Made by a program: the position numbers and the translations under genes. Shown piece after piece: positions 1 to 9,200 of a DNA stretch of 64,000 bases. The notes under the pieces are model-generated. The model did no database searches. It was not told the DNA's origin and saw only the letters and a list, made by a program, of their open reading frames with translations. The DNA comes from Bigelowiella natans CCMP2755. Lineage: Eukaryota; Protista; Cercozoa. The DNA is taken from assembly GCA_000320545.1 (NCBI GenBank), contig ADNK01000489.1:62001-126000 (forward strand). Direction: 5' to 3'. The first letter of the stretch is position 1. The number at the start of each line of letters is the position of its first letter.

Positions 1-17
1 GCATATACATTGTATAC

Positions 18-60
18 GAGACGGATGTAATGAATTGATTCAATCTTTTCAATGGTCATC

Positions 61-105
<45 letters not shown>

Positions 106-190
106 CGGATGTAATGAAATGTTTAAATTTTTTCAATGGTCATCCTAATGTAGCTGTGCAATGCAGCGGCTACAGCGCTTAAATTGCATC
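18..190 (-). repeat. Two short 5'-truncated copies of the LINE 3' end (18-62 and 101-190) separated by an intact (TA)n (64-101)
   Basis: GAGACGGATGTAATGAA…TTTCAATGGTCATCCT recurs at 18, 102 and 212. The copy at 101-190 matches 211-300 closely. Confidence 0.9.
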
Positions 191-232
191 TGTTTGTTCA
201 TGTACATATGTGAGACGGATGTAATGAAATGT

Positions 233-3200
233 TCAAATTGTTTCAATGGTCATCCTAATGTAGCTGTGCAATGCAGCGGCTACAGCGCTTAAATTGTATC
301 CACTTGTTTCCTTGGTCACATGGCGCATGCATGAAAATGCATCCTGTTTTGGTCCAGCATGGCGCGCTTTGCGCGCAGCTTCTCGACTTGTTTTCTCTGC
401 GGTTGTGAGACGCGTGGTCTCGTCATTGCGATCCATGATCGCTGTCAGTTGTTTGTTGATTCTGAGTCGCTGTGGTCCGTATTTCCTGCATTGCAGAATG
501 TGGTCCATGTCTTGCAATGTGTTGCACACATCGCATGTTGCTTCCAGTTTTGTGCGTTGTCCTCTGGACAGCATGAATGCACCAAGATTGCCAACACCAC
601 AGATGGCGCGCATCCATGATGTGGCAATGCTTGGCAGCTTCAATGCAATTCCTGTTGTCCGAGAGCCAGGCATGAAATCAAGTTTTTTCAAATGCATGGC
701 CTTGGTTCCCTCTTTCTTCCAATCAGTTTTGAAGTTCAATTCGGCGTTCCGCATGATTGTTTTGTTGTGTGCTTTCAGTTTCCTTTTCAATGTCTCCTCA
801 GTGGCACGTGTTGTGGGGTGTTCCGCTCCAAGCAATTTGGTCGTGATCAAACTGAGTCGGCGGTGCAAGGATGCTCTGTTCCACGACCTAGTTGCATTGT
901 GCCATTTGTGTTCCAGCAAGGATTCGATGTGGCATCCGAAAGAGCTCCAATTGAGCACTTCTTCCTCCACCACGTGTCCGTTGCCAGCAGCATCCTCCAC
1001 CCACACATTGGTTCGCAACCACGTCTTGGTGCATTGAACCTGTGTGCGACAACGTGGTGGCAATGTTGCCGCTGACACGTGGGGTGTGTCGTTGGATGTG
1101 GATCCTGGCAATCCCAGAACTCTTTTGAGTGTTTGGGATTCCATGGAATCTGGCTGCTTTGTTTTGAGGTTTTTCTTGGACCTCCATGTGGGCGCAACAT
1201 GTCTGCTCGTGGCTGTGAACCATGTGTTGTGAAACTTCAATCTCACATTGAATGGCATGTGAGATCGTGTGGAACACAGCCTGAGCAAAAATCTTCTCTT
1301 TTTCTGCAGCTTCATGTGTGTGGCAAGGGCGTGGTTTTCGAAAGTTGATCTTTCGTCAAACCACAGTCCCAAACATTTGCCACGTTCTTTTCTTTTTGTT
1401 TTTCCTTGCAGGTTGAGTGTTGCATTCCACGAGGCTTGTTTTTTTTGTGCATCCTTCCTCCTGTCCATGAGCAGGTGTCCACTTTTGTCCCCATTGAATC
1501 TCATTCGCCACTTCATGCACCAGGTTGTCACGTTTGTCAAATCTTTTTGCAGCCTGGTTTGCATTTCCCCCCAGCGGGAAGGCGCAAACAGTTCATGTGG
1601 GGTGACATCGTCGCAATGCATCTGGCAATCAGCAAACTTGATGTGCTCGCATGTGTCGTGGTGGGTGATGAACAAGTGGCAGCTGAGGGAGGATCCTTCA
1701 GGCACGCCGCTTTGCAGTTGCATGTGTTGAGATGGCGTCCTGCCAAACTTGAATCTGGCAGCACGCTCCCTCAACCAATCGTCGATCCACAGAAGCAGGG
1801 ATCCCCTTGCACCGCATTTTTCACTCAGTTTCCGCACCATTCCTGAATGCCAGGCTTCAGGGTGAGCTTTTGATGCGTCAGTGAACAGCACGATGCCGAC
1901 TAGCTTTTTGTCAAACGTGCCGTCTTCGATCCGCTGAGTCATTCTGGCAAGTGCTGTCTCGCATGATCCATTCTTCATGAAGGCACATTGGCATTTGCTC
2001 AGCTTCTCTGGTGGGATGGCTTCACGTGATCGCAGTTCAACCAATTTGTCTTCGACTTTCGAAGCAATTTGGAGAACAGAGATTGTTCTGCCGTTGAGGG
2101 GAGTGTTCAATTCTTTCCCGGGTTTGGGGATCAAGCAGAAGACGGCCGCTTTTCGTGATTTGTGACGGGTGCCCCATTGAAATGATGCATTGAACACAAG
2201 AGCCCAGAGTTGATGCAACTTGTTGCTTTTCTTCAACACGTTTGGATGGATGCCATCGTCACCTGGGGATTTGTGTGGTGACATGGTGTGCAATGTTCTC
2301 TGGATTTCCTCCGGGGTGAATTTCCTGTTGTGAGGCAAGGTGCCATGTTTGTTTTCCGAATTTCGGAATGTGTGTCTCCATTGTTCTGTTTCTTGGTGAA
2401 ACGTTCCATTTTTTGCATCTGTGGGGTGAGGTTTGTGTGCGTCCTTCCACCTCCTGACACACACGTGGCATTTTTTCGTTTCTGAAGTCTCGCCGTCGAG
2501 GGTGCGATGTTTGGTTTTTCCTCTTGATTTTTGGAACAGTTTGCACAACAGTCTGGTGTGGTTTCCGTTGTCATGTTTTTCGAAGCGAGCAAGGAATTTT
2601 TGCCATGCTTCGCATCTGAGTGTTTCTGTGATGGATTCAAGTTCGAAGTTGATTTCTTTCATTTCACCTTCCAATTTTTTCCTCTTGCCACACTTCCTCT
2701 CGTGTCTGAGAGATCTGAAGAGTTCAACTTGTTGCAGCTTCATTTTTTTGCATGCTGGTTGGTTTTCGTGTGGTTCAATGGGGCTCCATCGTTGCTCTTT
2801 TTTTGGTGCACTGATTCTGCATGCTTGTTGAACTGAATTCCAGAACCATTGTTCAAGGTTCTTTGAATCCGGCTCAGATGCAACGCGAAGCATTCGTTGT
2901 CTCAAAGGGGCTGTGATCGAGTCCAGGTGTTCGTCAAACAGGTCCACATTGAACTTGTCAATGTCGCAAATCATTGACTCAGTTTCGATTTGGTTGGGCA
3001 CAGGTTTGCCAAAGTGCATGCCGAAGTGGTCGCTTGTTGTGGTGGCAGTCATTTGATGTTCGATTTCTTGCACCATGTTTGATGAACACAGGACGTGATC
3101 GATCGTGCTCGCATGTCCCTTTCGAAAATGGGTCACTTCACCAGGGTTGAGCATCATGATGTCATTGTCTGCAAGCCATTGGTGCAAAAGCTTGCCCCGC

Positions 3201-3685
3201 CTGTCTTCTTGGTGACGGACATCAAAGGTGGAGTGCTTGGCATTGGTGTCGCCCACTGTGATGCAATGTTTCCACTTTTGTTTCTTTGCAGTGTCCGTGA
3301 TGAAGTCAAGCCTTTCCTCAAGATGGCATGCATCGCAAGGTTGCAAGTGCACCATTGTCATTGCACATTTTTCTGCACGGTGTGCAAAGAAGCTGATGTC
3401 ATGTTCATCATCATCTGTGGTCACACGTGCAATGTCTGTGTTTTTCTGGCGTGGGCCGAAGCTCCCAGAAGGGCCATTGGTGCGCATGATCTCGCATCCA
3501 GGTGGCGGATGTGATTTTTCAGCATTTTTCAATTTGCCCTCTGCAAACCAAGCAAGCTCTGTGTTGTTTGCAGTTGTTGTTTCTTTGAGCATGTCACATC
3601 TTCCATTGATTCTTTGTCTCCCTTGTTTGTCCGTCCCGTTTTTGCTCCGCATGTTTTGGAAGTGGAATGGTGAGGCTTCAAACAT
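233..3685 (-). pseudogene. LINE ORF2 (endonuclease/reverse transcriptase); frame open but conserved Tyr residues replaced by His/Cys
   Basis: 1158-aa ORF with likely true ATG at 3685 (MFEASPFHFQNMRS), overlapping the ORF1 stop. Only 3 Tyr, all in the last ~85 aa. Confidence 0.88.
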
Positions 3686-4095
3686 GCTTTGGTCTTCTTC
3701 TGTTCTCACATGCCCTGATCCGCAGCCATCTGCCTTGGCAAGTGATTTCAGTGTTCAGCAGTTTGTCGACTTCATCCCGGGAATTTGCGAATGATTGCAC
3801 CAGTGGGCCCTTCCCCATGTGTTCCACTGCTTCGATTTTTGCGTCTGTGGTGCTTGTTTCAACGATCTGCTTGATCATTGAATTGCGCACTGCCTTGCTC
3901 TGTTCATTGGGTCCCAATCGTGGTCCTTTCATCACCACCGAACAGTTGGTTGGTCTTGATGTGGCTGGGCGGATGGTTGTTACGAATCCAAACAGAGAAG
4001 GGAAGAATGATCCTGAAAGCTTCTTGTGCTCGGCTTGCAGGTCTCCGATGTGAGCATCCACATTGGGATCTTTGCTTCCCCTGAAAAATGTTTTC
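3678..4095 (-). pseudogene. LINE ORF1 C-terminal remnant
   Basis: Open frame directly upstream of ORF2 and overlapping its start (…DEVDKLLNTEITCQGRWLRIRACENRRRPKHV*). Same TpA-free composition. Position is typical of ORF1. Confidence 0.55.
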
Positions 4096-4199
4096 AAATG
4101 CACATGCATTTGTGCACACACATGCATGTGCATTGCACACATTGCACATCGGCGGCGATGCGTGACAACAGCTAGGGACACAGTGCGTACATGTGCACA

Positions 4200-4333
4200 A
4201 GACGGACACACATGCAATGAAGTGTTCAATTTTTTTCAATTGTCATCCCAATGTAGCTGTGCAATGCAGCGGCGGCTGCAGCGCTCATGTGCACATGTGC
4301 ACGTGATTTGAACATTTCATCACATCCGTCTCA
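4200..4333. repeat. Two further LINE 3'-end fragments (4200-4287 same orientation; 4306-4333 inverted), TpA-converted
   Basis: AGACGG…GCAATGAAGTGTTCAA…GTCATCCCAATGTAGCTGTGCAATGCAGCGG…CTGCAGCGCTC aligns to 212-291. ATTTGAACATTTCATCACATCCGTCTCA is the reverse complement of 211-238 with one TA->CA. Confidence 0.85.
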
Positions 4334-4334
4334 T

Positions 4335-4960
4335 GTGCTGTGTGCTAGCGTGTGTGCTACGACTGCGCTGCGCACATGGCTAGCATGGCATGCTTGCTGG
4401 CTGTGTTGCCCATTCTGACATGTGCTGTGTACGTGCGTCTGCATGTAGACTGGCTCGGCCATCTTCATTAGACTGCCATGTCAACAGCATCACATCGCAT
4501 GTTGTAGCTACCTAGCTACGTGTACGTAAAAGCATGCATGTACGCATTGGCTGCGGCAGCACAATTGCACATCATCGCCGTATGAATGTGGCCGGCGACG
4601 TGCATGGGCAGCAGCATGCATCATCGCAGTTAGGCTAGCCGCACACGCATGTAGCATCTGCAACATGTTGCTATATCCGATTCTAATCTCTACAATCCGC
4701 ACTCCGTACATAACAATCTAGACAAACTCTAGATAATGCGTCTAAGTCAAAAGGGCGACGGCTGCATATCGCATTGAGTCGTACAGAAAGTTGTCAGTTT
4801 TTAATATAGCAGTTGACTAGCATCATCTACTGTGATATTGAGCTGTGTCTCTGGTTGCGCTATGCATGTACATGTCATGCTAGAAGCAAACATTATGCAT
4901 GTGTAATGAATGGCACTTGATGTATAGACATGCCTAAATATGTAGATAGATGTAGTTATG
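4335..4960. other. Purine-pyrimidine-alternating, CTAG/GCAT/AGCT-rich degenerate spacer
   Basis: Dense short palindromes (gctagc, gcatgc, tctaga, catg), few homopolymer runs, no credible ORF. Lies 3' of the giant gene. Confidence 0.6.
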
Positions 4961-4975
4961 CAAAGCCAACATTAA

Positions 4976-5492
4976 TTAAAACCATCCACTCTTTTTCTTT
5001 TTCGTCTCAGGTTTCTGTTGAGTCGATTCGGGTTGGGTACTGGGAAGGTTTTTCTTTTCCAAGAGATTACCAGCAGGTTTACTGGGAGGAGCATCTCCAG
5101 TTGGACCAGCAGGATTCTTCCCAGCGTTTGTAGCTCCCGCTGATACGGCGGGGCTGCGCGGAGGTTGTGGAGACTTATCTTTCTCTGACTTACCATCAAC
5201 CTGAGGCTTTGTTGAGGATTGGTCTGCAGATTTCGCCGTATTATTTCCAGTTTGCTGCGGGGGAAGGCTTTTTTTATTCCCTGCAGCTTTCGCAGGCGCT
5301 TGATTTTCAGGAGGTCGTGCAGATTGATTTCCTGACTTTCCATCACCTCTTGCATGAAGATTCGACATCTCGAGTTCACTTTCCGCATTTTTATTTTCGG
5401 TCAGCTTCCCATATCTACTGCCGGTTTTCGTCATAAAACTCTTGTCGAAGGTGCTGTTTCTCGATAACCTTAATTTTGAATCCTTGCGATCC
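4976..5492 (-). CDS. Low-complexity P/S/K-rich terminal exon ending KKKKSGWF* (tail of the giant gene or of a separate small gene)
   Basis: The 152-aa ORF 4976-5434 extends in frame to a TTTTCAG acceptor at ~5493. The upstream join is unresolved. Confidence 0.5.
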
Positions 5493-5707
5493 CTGAAAAA
5501 TTATCAGAAGATATTTTCAGTGGATGAACACTGTAAGCACGATGATGTTTGATTTCAAGTGTTGTACAGGTTGATGCCTTTTATTACTCTGTTGAAAGCC
5601 TGCGGCGCAGCATAGCCGACTTTTTAATCGCTGCTTCGTCTTTCAATTGTTCACGTCTTCTGTTCTGGTCGAGTTTCTGTAATATTGGTGCGAGGAGTTA
5701 TTTTCCA

Positions 5708-6184
5708 TCAAGGAGCTGATTTGTGAGTAAGTTCTTCTATATACAATCCCCAGTCAGGGAGGGCTTTGCTGTGGTCGACCTTTAAATTAGCCTTTCGATT
5801 TTTCTCCATCATCGTATAGTACCTTCTAGCCCAGTACCTACACGTTGTTTGGTTGGTATCATTCGCATTTGTGTTTGAATTGATGATGGTTGCGGGGTCC
5901 AAACCTCACTGGAGGAATAATATTTTGTAATTTCTCGTCAAGCCAGTCAAGGCCCGGGAAGCCCAGGACGATCAGCCATATACCTGAGAAGAAACAATCG
6001 TTACGTGTTCTGCGCTTTGACTCGTCCACATTCCTTTCTCATGCACAAAAGCACATAGAAGAGTAATACTACCAAGGAGATAGAAGATTACGATCCCGGC
6101 AACATATTCAGACTGTGCGGCCTGCATTGTTTCTCCATCGGACTAATTTTGTTATAGCGATTTCATCATAAATGTTAAATATAT

Positions 6185-6232
<48 letters not shown>

Positions 6233-9200
6233 ATATTTGGATATCTGCGTGTTTGTACACACGGTGCATTTGTTGATCCAAGTTGAGCAAATGAATTCGC
6301 AAACATGTGAGCGTATTTGCTTATTATCTGCCCATGTGTTATCTAATGTTGCCGCCCTGCCTTCTCTACAGCGTAATTTTCGGTCGCAAAAAAAATAAAG
6401 GTACCGAATTTTGCTCTGCCTCACCCCCGGTATAACCGTTCTGCTGCGCGTCGAAGATATTGATGAACGCGCATAGATTCGTCCACATAAAGCAAACGAT
6501 AACGGTAAGGTTGAGGGAGTTCGCTTTGATTTCTGCATAGGGAGGGATCCACATCGCAATGCCCAGCAGGAGGACGGAACCTACCGCCAACAGGGCTGCC
6601 TTTACAAACGTGAGATGAAGCAGAAGAACCTCCGCAATTCCATATGCGACACGAATCAACGCGAAGACGAAAGGGTATACCGTTGAGTCATCGTTCGGAA
6701 CGAGTGAGTGGTATTGGGTTGACGGTCTTACGTCCTGTTCCCAACCTTTGGGAGCCCAGCTTGCTCTCGCTTTGAGAGAAGAAGGCAACCCGATGACCTC
6801 TCCCTCGATACGTCTCAGTCTCAGGCCGTACACCATGAAAGGAATGGCTGGTAGTGCGAGGAGCATCAACCAGAACTGCATATAGTTTGGATCGAAGCAA
6901 ATCTCCTCGTCTCCATTTCCTATCATCCGATGATAGTACACTCCATCCTCCCTCTCAGCACAATTGAAAACATATGTGATGCCTTTGATAAATAGCATCA
7001 ACCCTAGCGTGCAGCCCCAGGCAAAAATCGCCGCGAAGTACTGCAAGTAGCCTTTCCACGAGAACATGCCTGTTTGCGCGGCTCGTGCGAAAGCATCTGT
7101 CATTTCCTTGGTGTTGTAATAGAAATAACACACGAGATACATGATCATCGCGGCAGATGAGAACGTGGCGGACATGATGAGGTATTCTCTGTGACCAATT
7201 GTAAAGTCGAAGTTGAGCGCATGAGTGACTTCAAAGAACCAATCCGTGCCCTCTCCAGGCGGCCAGAAGAAGTCAGAGGCGAAGCCAAAGCTGATCATCT
7301 GATAATTCTCGACGACGAAGGTACCCCATGCAATCATCCGCGTAGTCAGCTGCGCGGGACGGAGTTCTTTCGATACGGAAACAGCGCTTGGATCAGCAAT
7401 ATCCCATTTGAGGGGCTGGTCGCCTGCTACGGTCAGGAGGAATGGTCGGAAGTCATCGTCAAGCATGAGTGAAATCATTTTCACGGCCTGGTACTTTCCG
7501 TTTTCGTTGCGCACGTGTGCCTCTGGAAAGTTGACAATTCGCCACCTCCATGTGCCGGCATCTGTTGGGGTGTATTCAACCCAGCAAATTGTGCCGTCGT
7601 CGAAACCTAGGAACACCGAGTTCTGTGCCAGCCGTTCGTAGTACTCCGTCAGCTTCGCGTCCGCAAAGTCCGTGTACTTGTGGGTCTGGCTCGGATTATA
7701 GATGCACGTGATATTCTTGTAGCCCCCGGACGTCTTGGTAAATGCATATCCGTCTAGCTCGCCGTCCAAAACGATCTCTCCCACTGGGTCGGCGCACTTG
7801 CGCTTCGACTTGGTCTCTGCCAGATACTGCTCGAGTCCTTCCGGATCCTTGTTCCCCGCCCAGCTCTTGAAAGTGGCCCATGGATTCAGCTCAAGCCTTT
7901 CCATATCTACAGCATAGAGAAGGGATCCCTTCCCTTCCAGCCTGCGGGTTCCAACCCACCATAGGGTACGTTTCTTGTATGGCGTTCGTTCAATGCCTCT
8001 GTAATACCGCACGAAATCATCCATAGAAGACTTTGGCTCATAAGCTTCGTATTCGACCTTCTCGATGACCCGGCCACACAGCTGCTCGAATGCGATGGAT
8101 GATTTCATCTTAACATCGTCATGAACTTCACCTCTGATAAAGTAGTTTTCGGCGGATGTGAGGCGGTTGGAGCCCATGCTAATCTTGTGCACTCGGAAAC
8201 CGTCCTTGTTCAAGGTCGCAACCCACTTGGGAAGGTTCATATCTTCTCCATATGTAACGAGGCCGTAAGGAGTACCGAAGTTCCCGGTTTGCAACGACAG
8301 ATTGTGGTCCGTTCGTCGAGTCCTCCGATTGACCATATACACCCTCATGTCTTTGCACAGAACATAGGCCACATAAGAGGGATGGTTCGTAAGCTCTACT
8401 TTGATGATAGGCGAGCGCAGTCGCACGCGAAGACCCTCTCGGAAGCTCTTGTGCAGGCGCATCGCATCTAGTGCGGACGCTGGTCCCGCATCTTCTGCAT
8501 CTAGATTATCGAGATTCAGAATTGAATTTTGACGATATACAGCCTGAGTCATCGTTTGGATATGTGATATCAGTAGGCTTGCGAGCCCATCGTTTTTTTC
8601 GCCAAGACGCTGCTTCAGCTGCTTGGCCGTGTACCGGAGGAACTCGTCTGCATTTGTCTGGGAAAAGTGTCTCTCAATTTCCTCTTTGTGCTCTTCCCAT
8701 CCCTCCAGCGAGCCTTTCAGGTGATCTTTTAGCGCTGCTGCATTCTGGGTTCCAGGAAAGAAGTGAGAAAGCACTCGCTTGAACCTTTCGGTGGTGGCCT
8801 TTGGTTCGAACTTCAGGGTGCCTGATAGAAAAATGATATTATTTACGGCCACTGGTGTTAGTGAATGAAAATATGCTGTTTAAAATGCAGACAGACTGTA
8901 CGTATCCGTCTACTTATTGGTGCAAAGACATACCGAGCATCCAGATAGCTTGAACCGCCTCGTAATCAATGGGCCACATTTTTTCAACCGTGAAGGCCTT
9001 ATCGCCGTCTTCATCCTCTTCCTCTCCATCGGAATCATCATCGTCAGTATCACTGTCGTTTTTCTGATCATTCTTATTGGGCTCCTCCTTAGTCTCCTTT
9101 TCCCCTTCCTTAGTCTCCTTTTCCCCTTCCTTAGTCTCCTTTGTCTCCTTACTCTCCGGAGTCTCCTTGACTTCATTCTTAGGTTCCTTCTGGTCTTTTT

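Larger units (their letters stand above)
211..4098 (-). mobile_element. Non-LTR (LINE) retrotransposon, APE endonuclease + RT + C-terminal CCHC finger, 5'-truncated, inactivated by TpA hypermutation
   Basis: ORF2 motifs: APE (VGDTNAKH, STIDHVL, SDHF); RT (KSPGDDGI, LIPKPGK, GVPEGSSLS, HCDD for YxDD, KCLG for KYLG); zinc finger CDVC-x7-H-x3-C. The 3' end ...TACATCCGTCTCA abuts a decayed (TA)n (196-211), and the 5' end abuts another decayed (TA)n (4099-4150). Confidence 0.93.

Noticed and set aside
18-300. CRISPR-like repeat-spacer array
   Set aside because: The repeats are unequal-length LINE 3' ends overlapping ORF2, separated by (TA)n. The context is eukaryotic with no cas genes.
233-3709. 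Alternative genetic code or RNA recoding explaining His/Cys at Tyr positions
   Set aside because: Host genes in the window use normal Tyr codons, and the TpA loss also affects non-coding flanks and all codon positions.
301-4170. Classical RIP or CpG-methylation decay
   Set aside because: RIP raises TpA and creates stops, and 5mC decay removes CpG. Here TpA is gone, CpG persists and the ORF is open.
301-4170. Ordinary TpA/UpA avoidance by codon or RNA-stability selection
   Set aside because: Universal TpA under-representation is moderate. A 2-kb stretch with none, plus loss of catalytic-motif Tyr, cannot reflect selection for function.
294-4311. Many overlapping short ORFs as real genes
   Set aside because: Explained by loss of TAA/TAG codons in TpA-free DNA.
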